Origin: an uncultured Candidatus Saccharibacteria bacterium
Lineage (GTDB): Bacteria > Patescibacteriota > Minisyncoccia > UBA6257 > GWB1-50-10
Length of the DNA stretch: 64,000 nucleotides
Assembly: GCA_964489845.1 (NCBI GenBank)
Contig: CAZAZV010000002.1
Coordinates: 770-64,769 of the forward strand
Direction of reading: 5' to 3'
Shown here: piece after piece, positions 9,436 to 19,671 of the stretch
Layout: every line of letters begins with the position of its first letter
How positions within the stretch are numbered: the stretch's first letter is position 1
Program-made: the position numbers and the translations under genes
The notes under the pieces: model-generated
What the model was told of the DNA's origin: nothing
What the model saw: the letters and a program-made list of their open reading frames with translations, nothing else
Database searches by the model: none

Positions 9436-10209
9436 TTATTTCCTGCTTTTGCGCTTCGGCTTCCGCCGCACGACGATGAATTGATTCGACGATTTCTTCC
9501 TGTTGCGCGTCTTCCTGCCTCCCGTCACGTTGCCCCAGATATCCTTCGGCCGCTTCGTGCCGCGCGGGGCGCGTCCTTCGCCGCCACCGTACGGATGGTC
9601 GACGGGGTTCATCACCGAACCGCGCACGATGGGTCTCCTCCCCCGGTGCCGCATCCGGCCCGCGTTCTTCACGCGTTCCATATTGTGTCCGCGGTTGCCG
9701 ACGGCGCCGATGGTGGCAAAGTTCCCCCAGTGCACGCGACGAACTTCTCCCGAAGGAAGCTTCAAATGCGTAAATCCGTCTTCCTGCGCGAGGACCTGGA
9801 GCGACGTACCCGCCGCTCTCCCGAGAATCGCTCGCTCGCCGGGACGGAGCGTCACGTTGTAAACGAAACTGCCGACGGGAATCCGCTCTATGAGCGTGCT
9901 GTTTCCCGCGGTCAGGGGCGCGGTGTCTCCCGTCTGAACCTCATGGCCCGCCGCCATTTCGTCCGCCGCGAGCACATAGCGCCGCTCGCCGTCTTGGTAG
10001 AGTAGCCGTGCGATGCGGGCGGTCCGGTTCGGGTCGTACTCGATCGCCTCGACGCGCGCGGGAATGCCCCGCTTGCGGTATTCGAAATCGATGAGGCGGT
10101 AGAGCCGCTTCTCGCCTCCGCCGCGATGGCGCGTGGTAATCCGGCCCGCGTTGTTGCGCGCGCCCGCCCGCTTCCCCCCATATGTCAGATGTTTCAACGG
10201 CTTCGCCAT
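9436..10209 (-). CDS. rplB: 50S ribosomal protein L2
   Basis: [15 protein letters not shown]...PSGEVRRV...[13 protein letters not shown]. Confidence 0.94.
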   Translation of the reverse strand: MAKPLKHLTYGGKRAGARNNAGRITTRHRGGGEKRLYRLIDFEYRKRGIPARVEAIEYDPNRTARIARLLYQDGERRYVLAADEMAAGHEVQTGDTAPLTAGNSTLIERIPVGSFVYNVTLRPGERAILGRAAGTSLQVLAQEDGFTHLKLPSGEVRRVHWGNFATIGAVGNRGHNMERVKNAGRMRHRGRRPIVRGSVMNPVDHPYGGGEGRAPRGTKRPKDIWGNVTGGRKTRNRKKSSNQFIVVRRKPKRKSRK

Positions 10210-10211
10210 AC

Positions 10212-10490
10212 TTATATATTGAATACCTCGATGGTCTCGCCCGGCTTGAGCTGCACAAGCGCCTTTTTCTCCGTTCGCAATCCTCCCGCCCTGCCCATGA
10301 GCCGCCCGACACGCCGCTTCGTATTCACGATGCGCACCGCGCGTACAGTCACGTGGTACTGCCGTTCCACCGCTTTCTTCACCTCCGGCTTCGTTGCGTC
10401 AGGATGCACGATGAATGAAAATACCTGGCTCGCCGCGCTCGCGCCACGGGATTTCTCGCTTACCAAAGGACGTTGCAACAGTTGTTTCAT
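10212..10490 (-). CDS. rplW: 50S ribosomal protein L23
   Basis: RPLVSEKS...FIVHPDATKPEVKKAVE. Confidence 0.88.
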   Translation of the reverse strand: MKQLLQRPLVSEKSRGASAASQVFSFIVHPDATKPEVKKAVERQYHVTVRAVRIVNTKRRVGRLMGRAGGLRTEKKALVQLKPGETIEVFNI

Positions 10491-11095
10491 AGTTTGATAT
10501 CCGAAAGCGCCTTTTGTTCGACGAGCACCGCGTTGTGGTTCATGAGCTGCACAACATCGAGCGAACCCGCGCGGACGGTGTCAAGGCGCGTCATGTTCCG
10601 CACGGCGCGGTAAAACGCCTTGTTGTCATTCGCAGTGAGGAGCAGTGTTTTCTTTCCGCCCTGCAGCTGCTTCACGCACGTCCGCGCTTCCTTCGGCGCG
10701 AGGTTGGCGTCGAATGCGTCAATCACTTTCAGGCCGCCATCCCGGTATCGCCGCGAGAAAAGCACGGCAAGCGCCGCCCGCCGCTCCTTCTTGTTGATTT
10801 TCCCCGCGAAATTGCGAATCGCACCGCCGAACGCGACGCCTCCCCCTTTCCACAACGGCGAGCGGACGGAACCGTGCCGCGCGCGGCCTGTCCCCTTTTG
10901 TCGCCACGGCTTGCGGCCGCCGCCGCTGACATCGCCTCTCCCCCGAGGATACGAGCGCTGCACCCGCGTGTTCGCGAGTGCGACGGTGAACGCCTGCTTC
11001 AGGAGTACGCCGTTCCACGGCGTGTTGAAGAGCGTGTCGGAGACCTCCGTCGTGCCGACTTCCTCGTTCTTCAGATTGTAAACGGGAATGTTCAT
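10487..11095 (-). CDS. rplD: 50S ribosomal protein L4
   Basis: [33 protein letters not shown]. Confidence 0.92.
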   Translation of the reverse strand: MNIPVYNLKNEEVGTTEVSDTLFNTPWNGVLLKQAFTVALANTRVQRSYPRGRGDVSGGGRKPWRQKGTGRARHGSVRSPLWKGGGVAFGGAIRNFAGKINKKERRAALAVLFSRRYRDGGLKVIDAFDANLAPKEARTCVKQLQGGKKTLLLTANDNKAFYRAVRNMTRLDTVRAGSLDVVQLMNHNAVLVEQKALSDIKL

Positions 11096-11517
11096 TTTGA
11101 AATCACTTCAACGGCGCCGCCTTTCACGCCCGGGACGGCTCCTCGTATAAAAATCTGCTTTTTCTCCGCATCGACGTGCGCCACCTTCAGATTCTTCACC
11201 GTGACGCGCTCTCGTCCCATCCGTCCCGCCATCCGCTTCCCCGGCATGACGCGCTGGGGGTCCGTCGAGCCGATGGAGCCCGGCGTGCGGTGCGTCTTCT
11301 TCGTGCCGTGCGACTTCGGTCCGCCGCTGAAGCCATGCCGCTTCACGACGCCCTGGAATCCCTTTCCCTTGCTCGTGCCGACGACGGTCACCTTCGTTCC
11401 TGCTTCCGGGAATACCATGTCCCCACCCCCGCTCTTCACGAGGACCTCCGTGACCGGTACGACGATGTCGTTCTGCCACAATTGGGACATTCCTTTTTTG
11501 ATTCCCTTGAGTTTCAT
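11092..11517 (-). CDS. rplC: 50S ribosomal protein L3, compact form (141 aa)
   Basis: [14 protein letters not shown]...[25 protein letters not shown]...[17 protein letters not shown]; internal loop region absent. Confidence 0.88.
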   Translation of the reverse strand: MKLKGIKKGMSQLWQNDIVVPVTEVLVKSGGGDMVFPEAGTKVTVVGTSKGKGFQGVVKRHGFSGGPKSHGTKKTHRTPGSIGSTDPQRVMPGKRMAGRMGRERVTVKNLKVAHVDAEKKQIFIRGAVPGVKGGAVEVISK

Positions 11518-11565
11518 GTTTTAATCTTTTTCCCTTCGCTTTGCACTTTTCGCTTTACACTTTTA

Positions 11566-11682
11566 TTATCCTTGCCGCTGTTTGTGCTTCGGGTTCTTTT
11601 TACAAATCACATACACCCTGCCCTTCCGGCGGACAATCTGGCAATTCTTGCAAATCTTTTTGACCGAAGCTCTGACTTTCAT
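11566..11682 (-). CDS. rpmJ: 50S ribosomal protein L36 (38 aa), not in the ORF track
   Basis: Translated by hand from the minus strand: [38 protein letters not shown]; occupies the slot where rpsJ normally precedes rplC. Confidence 0.85.
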   Translation of the reverse strand: MKVRASVKKICKNCQIVRRKGRVYVICKKNPKHKQRQG

Positions 11683-11783
11683 GTTTATAAACAACCGCGC
11701 CATCCCGCTTTTGGAGAAGCGTACTTCTCGTGTGTCTCACGCAAAATGCGGACCCTCAAAACGGGAGACGAGTCGTACTGAAA

Positions 11784-11812
11784 AGTGTACCTAAACGGAC
11801 AAAAACAGTCAA
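11784..11812 (-). promoter_or_regulatory. Sigma70-like promoter TTGACT-17-TACACT for the rpmJ-rplC operon (copy 1 of a duplicated promoter/5'UTR segment)
   Basis: Minus strand reads TTGACTgtttttgtccgtttaggTACACT about 100 nt upstream of the rpmJ ATG; about 60 nt identical to 12264-12330. Confidence 0.55.
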
Positions 11813-11837
11813 GAATCTACGAAATCACGCCGGTGAC

Positions 11838-11878
11838 CAAGAAAACACTCCGAAAAAATCGGAGTGTTTTCTTGGTCT
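11838..11878 (-). terminator. 18-bp perfect hairpin immediately after the small zinc-ribbon ORF stop (terminator-like)
   Basis: gaccaagaaaacactccg-atttttt-cggagtgttttcttggtc. Confidence 0.5.
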
Positions 11879-11883
11879 TTCGC

Positions 11884-12042
11884 TTAAGCACTTGGAGACT
11901 GATGCTCCGTTGCGGGCTGACCCTGGTCTTGCGGTTCTTGTTCCTGCCGAGGTTGAGTGTTCGCCTCAACCATCGGCACCTTGCACGCTTGGCACTCTCC
12001 CATCTGTTCGGAGGTTGCGCCGCACTGTGGACACTTGTACAT
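11884..12042 (-). CDS. Small hypothetical zinc-ribbon protein (52 aa), not in the ORF track
   Basis: Translated by hand: MYKCPQCGATSEQMGECQACKVPMVEANTQPRQEQEPQDQGQPATEHQSPSA; CxxC-x9-CxxC; lies between the duplicated promoter copy 2 and the hairpin. Confidence 0.4.
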   Translation of the reverse strand: MYKCPQCGATSEQMGECQACKVPMVEANTQPRQEQEPQDQGQPATEHQSPSA

Positions 12043-12283
12043 GTTTTTAAGGTCTTTACAACGACGTACGACTATTACCGTTTCCCAGAGTATGCCTTAT
12101 TAAACCACGTCTCGCGCATTATTGCAAAAATCCGAAGATGGATGTGCTGAAAGCGGCGGGTGAGTTATTAACCAGCAAGCAAAAGAGAGATAGAGAGGGT
12201 GGTTAAGAAGGCGACGGAGCAGCTCGGCGAGACGTTCAGGCGCCTCGGTAAAGAATGAAAACGAGAGACGAGTCGTACTGAAA

Positions 12284-12313
12284 AGTGTACCTAAACGGAC
12301 AAAAAACAGTTAA
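12284..12313 (-). promoter_or_regulatory. Second copy of the TTAACT-18-TACACT promoter/5'UTR segment
   Basis: Near-identical to 11767-11812; overlaps the T-tract of the upstream terminator. Confidence 0.5.
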
Positions 12314-12341
12314 GAAAGCCCCGCGGGAGCGGGGCTTTCTT
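12312..12341 (-). terminator. Rho-independent terminator of the cohesin/dockerin operon
   Basis: aagaaagccccgc-ggga-gcggggctttctt followed on the minus strand by aactgTTTTTTgtccgttt, directly after the 12352 stop. Confidence 0.7.
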
Positions 12342-12351
12342 GGTTATTGTC

Positions 12352-13143
12352 CTATGAATGCTTCTTGCGTCGACTCCGGACACCACTGTAAATCGCGTAA
12401 CCGAGGAAGACGAGCACGACGATAATAGCTATGCCAAGGAAGATGCTATTTGTACCGAACGTCACGAATGTGGCAACTTGAGCAAGAATAGATCCCGGGG
12501 GCACAACGATAGGTTGCTCCGTCGTCGTTGCAAGCTGCTTACCGGAAGTCGTTGCTACTTCTGTTACGGGAGGCACAGTTTCCGTCGCGGGCTTCGAGGT
12601 CGGTGTTACTTGCGTAACCGGCGCTGTTTGCGTCGGCACCGATGGCGCCGCTATTGCTACCGTCGTGCGCACCGCTGCGCTCGCGAGCACGTTCTGATTC
12701 CCCGCGTCAAGCGTAAGCGAGGAATTATCAAGCGCGATGGTTCCGGTACCGCTCTTCTTAGCGTGGAACGTAACGGTCCCGAACGTGACTGCCGACGATA
12801 CGCCACCCGGATAACCGGCGGTCTTAACAAGAACACCGTTCGTGTTGTCGGTCAGGTCGTAACCGGACTGGGTAAGCGGCATCCAGGTATTCGCGAACGC
12901 AAACGAAGTAACTTCCAAGAGATTGGCGGGGTACTGGAGCTCCGTTTTGACGGTGTAGTTTTTCACTCCTCCTGGATTTACTCCAACCGTCAGTGTGAAA
13001 CTCTGGCCCTGGCTGACATTCACAGTAACCGGCGCGAAAGACACACTCGTCGCGGCAAGCGCAGGCACAACAAGAACGAATGCACCGGATATTCCTACTA
13101 ACAGGGCAACTATTGATCTCCGCATGATAGTTAAACTGTCCAA
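12352..13143 (-). CDS. Membrane-anchored cohesin-like domain protein (signal peptide, beta-sandwich domain, Thr/Pro linker, C-terminal TM anchor)
   Basis: N-terminal signal peptide; FTLTVGVNPGGVKNYTVKTELQYPANLLEVTSF resembles the cohesin core; TQTAPVTQVTPTSKPATETVPP linker; C-terminal TM FLGIAIIVVLVFLGYAIY plus RSRRKKHS. Confidence 0.55.
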   Translation of the reverse strand: MDSLTIMRRSIVALLVGISGAFVLVVPALAATSVSFAPVTVNVSQGQSFTLTVGVNPGGVKNYTVKTELQYPANLLEVTSFAFANTWMPLTQSGYDLTDNTNGVLVKTAGYPGGVSSAVTFGTVTFHAKKSGTGTIALDNSSLTLDAGNQNVLASAAVRTTVAIAAPSVPTQTAPVTQVTPTSKPATETVPPVTEVATTSGKQLATTTEQPIVVPPGSILAQVATFVTFGTNSIFLGIAIIVVLVFLGYAIYSGVRSRRKKHS

Positions 13144-14240
13144 TAAACCATGAGCAGGTTGAAATCAAGAACGTCGACCTTACCATCACTGTTGAAATCA
13201 GCCGTGTCACTCGCACCCGTATTCCCCCAATGTACCATGAGCGTGTTGAAATCCAACAGGTCAACCTTACCATCTTTGTTCATATCAACTTTCTGGGAAG
13301 CGGGAGTCACGCTTATTCCTCCGCCTCCGCCGCCTCCACCCCCACCACCACTTGGAGCCGGAGTAGAGACAGTGTGAGAAGCCAAGAAATAGGATGCCCT
13401 CGTTGCGCCGAAGGTGCATGCTCCAGCACCCACCACGCATGTTGCCGGTGACGTAATCCCATCGCTTGTCCAACCGGAACTACCGGTTGTCGAACGAGTG
13501 ACGTTCAATGTCTGACCATTGAAACTCGCGCCCACGAAGATGGTGATGCTTATCGGTGAACTGAATTGCAACTCGGTACCTACCAGTCCCCATTGAAGCG
13601 CCCCATCAGCCACTACGCCCGAACCGAGTCCGGAAAGCGAACTGACAGCGGTAGAACTCGCGGTTAGGTTATTGGCGTCAAAAGTTCCGCCCCCCGCTCT
13701 CGTAATCGTGGTACCCTGCGGAAGAACCACCACGCTCGTACCGCCACTCACTGCAATGCTCACCACCACCTGCTGGGTGGTATTGACGGAGGTAGCGCTT
13801 CCCGCGGCTCCGGAAACAGCGAGTGTTCCGTTGTCCAATAAACTCGTGAGATTGGTGCTGCTGACCTCCACTTGGTTGATGGCAAACGATAGATTCAACT
13901 GTTCAACCATACCACTCTCGAACTGGGCAATCTGCGGCGCTTCAATTCCGGAAACCGAGAAGTGAATAGTGTCACCCGTCTGCAAGTCATCTCCTTGAAC
14001 CAACAGTTTCTGGTCATAGGCGCCTGGACCTCCGTACTGTCCCGCTACCGCCGTTGTCACTCTTCCCTTTTCAACGCCGTTAACACTGGCTATGAGCACG
14101 GTACCGACAGGAGCAGGAGCGTTGTTTATGGTGAGATTGCCATAAAAGATGTGTGGTAATTGAGGTACCTGCGCAAGAGCGGCTATCGGTAACGCCAAAA
14201 GCGCGGCAGAAATAACAAGAGCTCGAATTGATTTTCTCAT
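13131..14240 (-). CDS. Secreted dockerin-containing protein (signal peptide, beta-rich domain, poly-Gly linker, type-I dockerin)
   Basis: C-terminus has two canonical dockerin repeats, DMNKDGKVDLLDFNTLMVHW and DFNSDGKVDVLDFNLLMVYW, after an 11-Gly linker. Confidence 0.75.
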   Translation of the reverse strand: MRKSIRALVISAALLALPIAALAQVPQLPHIFYGNLTINNAPAPVGTVLIASVNGVEKGRVTTAVAGQYGGPGAYDQKLLVQGDDLQTGDTIHFSVSGIEAPQIAQFESGMVEQLNLSFAINQVEVSSTNLTSLLDNGTLAVSGAAGSATSVNTTQQVVVSIAVSGGTSVVVLPQGTTITRAGGGTFDANNLTASSTAVSSLSGLGSGVVADGALQWGLVGTELQFSSPISITIFVGASFNGQTLNVTRSTTGSSGWTSDGITSPATCVVGAGACTFGATRASYFLASHTVSTPAPSGGGGGGGGGGGISVTPASQKVDMNKDGKVDLLDFNTLMVHWGNTGASDTADFNSDGKVDVLDFNLLMVYWTV

Positions 14241-14300
14241 AGGCGTAATGACTTCGAGGAACTCCCCCGACGTATTTTTGTCGGGGCGCCATCGTCAATA

Positions 14301-16967
14301 TTAGAGGTTGTTCTTCGTGAATGACTTGGCGGCATTCATAAAGACCCAGTAGCCGTCATGCGTGGAGAGGTCCTTTGCCGGCAATCCGGTAATGGGGTTT
14401 GCGTTCAGGTCTCTGTCCCCGTCGCTCGCCCATGGATTACTGCCGGAATCTTTCCGTGCGTTGTAGGTATCCGGTACGTAGAGCGTTATCATACCGGCCA
14501 CCGTTTCCGTGTTTTGGATGGACGAGAACTCGTCTTGTACCGTACCGGAATTATTCGTCCCGACCAAGTTCCATCCGGCGACGAGGTCTTTGCTTGTCTG
14601 TGACGGCGCACTGCTTGTGTCGGCGTACCTGAACCCTACGCCGCCACCACTATCTACCTTCGTGTAGAACGCGCTGATTGGTTTGACGATGTCCGCGTTA
14701 TCTGCGGCTGGCGAACCGAATGCCCCATTCCCATAAATGAGTAGTGCCACGGTCCCCGTCGCATTGTTATCCACAACCGCAGGTGCTTCAGAGAGAAGTT
14801 TCGGAGCGGAAATTAAAGCCCACGCATCTGCATCGGTGAGAGCGATGGTTTCGTCGTACGTATCTCCATTCGCTTCCAAGAGCCACGGCCGGTAACTGAC
14901 ATCCGCAGAAACCGCTCCGGCGGCAGGACCCGAAGCAGCGCCCCAGTAGTTATCAGTTGCATCAAGTGTTCCGGAACCTCGTGCGGCGTAACCGACCGCA
15001 GCCATCGAATTGTCATAGATACTGTTGTTGTGCACAACCGTCTCCGCGTCAATCGGCTGATTGACATATATCCCAGCAGCATTCCCGTATATCTCATTCC
15101 CCGCTACTGTCACCGCCGAAGAATCGGCGCGTACCGTCGAGGGCAAATTGGTGGTATAGTCGGTATTATCGAACGCAACGCCGGCACCTGCGGTATAGCC
15201 GTGGACTGCGTTGCCCGCTATCGAGGTCGCGTAGAACTGCCCGCCGATACCGGAGCCATTCGCGAGGGAATCGGTGCCTATGACTTCATTGTCAGAAATC
15301 ATACTGCTACTCAAATACCCCGTAATACCGAATTGGGAATTTTCTACTTTGTTGTTGGAGATGGTGGCTCGCGTGAGAACGCCGTCATTGGTATCTGCCG
15401 TATTGGCGTCATTGCCGCCGGTAATCCCACTCGTACCTGCACCTTTCACCAAGTTCTGCTCCACATCAGCTACCTTAGCTTGCCAGAGATTAATGCCATC
15501 AACACTCGCCGACTCAATAATGTTGTTTTTCACAACCACATTGTCCGTGACTCCTCTGACATGAATCGCCTTTGCCGGACTGCCGCCGATTGTGAAACCG
15601 TCGATGGTCACCGTACCAGTTATTGGTCCGAATGGACCGATTTGTACGGACCCGGACGGATCGCCGGAAGAAATGACGGATTCATCACCGCTTCGAGTTC
15701 TCGCATCATTACCTGCCTGTGCGCCGTTCAAGATAAGCGGCTTATTGATATGGAGCGTTTCACTATATGTTCCAGCTGCAACATTAATCGTGTCATCATT
15801 ACCCGCATTTGCAATCGCTTCAGCAATAGTGTTGTATCCGATCTTACTCGTCTCATTGAACGCGTTATAACTACGAGTTATGGAACAATCTGATGTTTCG
15901 CACCAAGGAGAGAACGAGACGGCTCCATCAAGACTGCTAGTTGCTGGGCCGGTCACGCTCCCCCAATAATTATTAGCCGCATTAATAGCTGGGCTTCCAG
16001 CGGTCGTTGAGATATTGTACTCGTTATCTGTAAACCTTACGTTAGTGATGCTAGATAGGATTCCCCCGCCATACGCAAGTACGCCCGCTGCAGTATCATC
16101 GTCAGGTGCATAGTTGAAATTGGAGATGTTTGCACCGGTAACAGACCCCGTAACAGTACCACCACCTCTATTCCACAAAACAATTCCATTCTGCGCAATT
16201 GCATCCGTCGGACCGGCGCCTGTAATGCTGCCACCAAAAACGGTTAAGGTAATGGTGGCATGTACGCCGCTCGTGGCACCATTGCCATTGATGGCATCAA
16301 TGCCGTTCTTCTGGAATCCAGAGATATCGCAATCACTCACGGTCAAATCTGCTGTTTGTTCGTTACCAGCGTCAACCGCTATTCCTTGTCCCGTTTGACT
16401 CCCGTTTATTGTATATGTACCGGCTATGGCACAATTTTCTAAACTACCCGTTGATGCATTCCAGAAAAGAAGAGCATCCGGACCACCGCTACCAGGCGCT
16501 TTCCCATTATCCTTAATACCCAAACTCTGGAGAGTAATATTGGTTGAGCTACTCACCAACACCGATACCTTCATGTTCGCGGTGTACTTGTGGGTAATAC
16601 CACTCGCAACGAGCATCGTCGGTTGTATAACGGTAGAGGACTTTCCAGCACCGATAATTAGTAAATCCGACTTATTGACCACTGAGAAACTTTCGTATTG
16701 ACCGGCTACGACGGTGATTGTATCGCCAGCGGACGCAGCATCAATAGCGGACTGAATCGAGCTGCAAACAGGATCAGTTGCACTGCATGTGCTGGTTGCA
16801 GACGAACCATCGACTGTCCACGACGTTGTCGCCGCTTGCGCAACACCCCCAAGGAACAAAAAACCGCTCACGAGTAACGCTGCGGTTATGATAACTGTAG
16901 AAACTTTGAGAACTGTTGAGTTGAAGAACGAAAAAGATTGTATAAGGGGTTCGCCCAAATGATTCAT
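14301..16967 (-). CDS. Secreted right-handed parallel beta-helix (PbH1) repeat protein, about 889 aa
   Basis: Signal/TM MNHLG...FLGGVAQA; many PbH1-type repeats (NNIIESASVDGINLW, ISNNKVENSQFGITG, GNAVHGYTAGAGVAFDNTDY, HNNSIYDNSMAAVG). Confidence 0.7.
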   Translation of the reverse strand: MNHLGEPLIQSFSFFNSTVLKVSTVIITAALLVSGFLFLGGVAQAATTSWTVDGSSATSTCSATDPVCSSIQSAIDAASAGDTITVVAGQYESFSVVNKSDLLIIGAGKSSTVIQPTMLVASGITHKYTANMKVSVLVSSSTNITLQSLGIKDNGKAPGSGGPDALLFWNASTGSLENCAIAGTYTINGSQTGQGIAVDAGNEQTADLTVSDCDISGFQKNGIDAINGNGATSGVHATITLTVFGGSITGAGPTDAIAQNGIVLWNRGGGTVTGSVTGANISNFNYAPDDDTAAGVLAYGGGILSSITNVRFTDNEYNISTTAGSPAINAANNYWGSVTGPATSSLDGAVSFSPWCETSDCSITRSYNAFNETSKIGYNTIAEAIANAGNDDTINVAAGTYSETLHINKPLILNGAQAGNDARTRSGDESVISSGDPSGSVQIGPFGPITGTVTIDGFTIGGSPAKAIHVRGVTDNVVVKNNIIESASVDGINLWQAKVADVEQNLVKGAGTSGITGGNDANTADTNDGVLTRATISNNKVENSQFGITGYLSSSMISDNEVIGTDSLANGSGIGGQFYATSIAGNAVHGYTAGAGVAFDNTDYTTNLPSTVRADSSAVTVAGNEIYGNAAGIYVNQPIDAETVVHNNSIYDNSMAAVGYAARGSGTLDATDNYWGAASGPAAGAVSADVSYRPWLLEANGDTYDETIALTDADAWALISAPKLLSEAPAVVDNNATGTVALLIYGNGAFGSPAADNADIVKPISAFYTKVDSGGGVGFRYADTSSAPSQTSKDLVAGWNLVGTNNSGTVQDEFSSIQNTETVAGMITLYVPDTYNARKDSGSNPWASDGDRDLNANPITGLPAKDLSTHDGYWVFMNAAKSFTKNNL

Positions 16968-17081
16968 ATTTTTAGGTGCTGTGGGGGCGTTTTGCAGAGA
17001 ACGTTCGACCTGCCATCCCGAGCAAATACCCCGCACATGTGGTGCTGAAATTAAGGAGCACCAAGTTTGGCCTTAGTTACG

Positions 17082-17109
17082 AGTGTAGAACCATTGAGCT
17101 CGATGTCAA
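17082..17109 (-). promoter_or_regulatory. Promoter TTGACA-16-TACACT for the beta-helix/dockerin/cohesin operon
   Basis: Minus strand reads TTGACAtcgagctcaatggttcTACACT about 110 nt upstream of the 16967 start. Confidence 0.5.
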
Positions 17110-17278
17110 GAGTAACCAAAACAGCGCCTCCCAGAGGTGGATAAAAAGCGGAAAACGGCATATCACGCCAAATTCGTCAAGAAAACTTAGTAACGAATTG
17201 AAAAAGAACGCCAGCAATCAACTACGGTGATTGCACTTTTAATACTCCGAAGCGGGTGGGTTTCTTTCAATCATTTTC

Positions 17279-17318
17279 TCTAGAACGAGAAACCCTGCCA
17301 TATGGCAGGGTTTCTCTG
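17279..17318 (-). other. Perfect 13-bp palindromic hairpin immediately downstream of rpsJ
   Basis: gagaaaccctgcc-atat-ggcagggtttctc; no T-tract, so function (terminator or processing site) is uncertain. Confidence 0.35.
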
Positions 17319-17639
17319 TTACACCATCTTCACTTCCACGTCTATGCCGGCGGGGAGATTCAAGCTCCCGAGCGCTTCAACGATGCGCTGACTCGCTCCC
17401 GGCACTTCGATAAGGCGCTTATGCACCTTCATCTCGAACTGTTCGCGCGACTTCTTGTGCACGAAGGGAGAACGGTTCACTGTGTATCGCCGGATGGCGG
17501 TCGGCAGCGGAATCGGCCCGATGACTTCTCCGCCGTACCGCTGGATCGCCTCGACGATCTGGCGAACCACGCTCTCGATAAGGCGCGCATCGTAACTCCT
17601 GACGCGCAACCGCAATTTGCTTGTCTCCTCCTTAGCCAC
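17319..17639 (-). CDS. rpsJ: 30S ribosomal protein S10
   Basis: LRLRVRSYDARLIESVVRQIVEAIQRYGGEVIGPIPLPT...VHKKSREQFEMKVHKRLIEV. Confidence 0.92.
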   Translation of the reverse strand: MAKEETSKLRLRVRSYDARLIESVVRQIVEAIQRYGGEVIGPIPLPTAIRRYTVNRSPFVHKKSREQFEMKVHKRLIEVPGASQRIVEALGSLNLPAGIDVEVKMV

Positions 17640-17640
17640 G

Positions 17641-18837
<1,197 letters not shown>

Positions 18838-18877
18838 ATATGTGTGTTTCGCGCTGTTTTATGCGTGTTCGACCTTA

Positions 18878-18906
18878 CTTCAGTTTTCGGTATCGGTAGT
18901 ATAACG
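18878..18906 (-). promoter_or_regulatory. Candidate tuf promoter TTGCCA-17-TATACT
   Basis: Minus strand reads TTGCCAtttatcgtcggattcgtTATACT about 40 nt upstream of the tuf ATG. Confidence 0.45.
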
Positions 18907-18929
18907 AATCCGACGATAAATGGCAACCC

Positions 18930-19367
18930 TTACGGCGTCGCTCGCTCGCGCGACGGTTTGAGGAGCAGTGCGTAACCTGCGGCACTCACAGCAACCGCCG
19001 TGACAATACCGAGCGCGAGCGCGAGCGGCGAGGCGAAGCCGAGGTATGCCTGCCCCAGTCCCTGGAGCACCGCCGTCCCGAGCATGAGCCATCCCGCCGC
19101 TTCATGGAAGAGCAACACGCCCAGTGCGAGCGTGAAGAGGAGCGTCGCGTACGTCGAGGGAAACGGAAACCCGAACATATGGAACGTGTGGACGATGAGG
19201 CCGTTCGAAACGACGAGTGCGAGCACGATGCATGCGGCGAAGAAGCATGCGCGCTGCTTCGTTTCGACCCCTTTCGCGACGAGGACGAGCGCCACGGCGC
19301 CCGTGAGGTACGGGAGGTACACGGCGAACACTCGCATCACGATGGTAGTGACCGCGTGAAACTGCAT
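18930..19367 (-). CDS. Hypothetical integral membrane protein (about 145 aa, 4 TM)
   Basis: Hydrophobic segments; start set at MQFHAVTTIVMRVF, and the ORF track's upstream extension is Arg-rich junk. Confidence 0.5.
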   Translation of the reverse strand: MQFHAVTTIVMRVFAVYLPYLTGAVALVLVAKGVETKQRACFFAACIVLALVVSNGLIVHTFHMFGFPFPSTYATLLFTLALGVLLFHEAAGWLMLGTAVLQGLGQAYLGFASPLALALGIVTAVAVSAAGYALLLKPSRERATP

Positions 19368-19372
19368 ACGCG

Positions 19373-19579
19373 TTACTTCCCTGTGTATGGCAGGAGCGCC
19401 ATGCGGCGAGCGCGTTTCACCGCCCGCGCGAGCGCGCGCTGGTGCTTGGCGCAAATACCGGTGTGGCGCGGGTCGATGATTTTCCCCTGCGCCGAAACGT
19501 ACTGCCGCAGGAACCCGATGTCCCTGAAATCGATATCTGTGATATTCTTCGAACAAAATGCGCACTGCGTGTGTCTCAT
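19373..19579 (-). CDS. rpsR: 30S ribosomal protein S18
   Basis: [60 protein letters not shown]. Confidence 0.88.
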   Translation of the reverse strand: MRHTQCAFCSKNITDIDFRDIGFLRQYVSAQGKIIDPRHTGICAKHQRALARAVKRARRMALLPYTGK

Positions 19580-19599
19580 GTGCCGAATGTGTCTAAATC

Positions 19600-19667
19600 T
19601 TACGAGTTGAGTGTAACGAAACGAAGTAAATTTAGCAACAGATTCGAGCATCCCGCCGCAGCGGGAT
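19600..19667 (-). promoter_or_regulatory. Terminator-promoter module (hairpin cccgctgcggcggg, then TTGCTA-17-TACACT) upstream of rpsR; identical copy at 22320-22386
   Basis: 68-nt exact repeat; minus strand reads aatcccgctgcggcgggatgctcgaatctgTTGCTAaatttacttcgtttcgtTACACT. Confidence 0.55.
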
Positions 19668-19671
19668 TACC

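Noticed and set aside
11582-12150. Plus-strand ORFs 11582-11794, 11730-12050 and 11785-12150 in the rplC-upstream gap
   Set aside because: They overlap rpmJ and the hand-found zinc-ribbon ORF on the opposite strand and run across the duplicated promoter and hairpin. They have no motif or RBS support.
13300-13340. A long G/C homopolymer-like tract (ggcggaggcggaggcggcggagg)
   Set aside because: It lies in-frame inside the dockerin protein gene and encodes the 11-Gly linker. It is not a G-quadruplex or regulatory element candidate in its own right.
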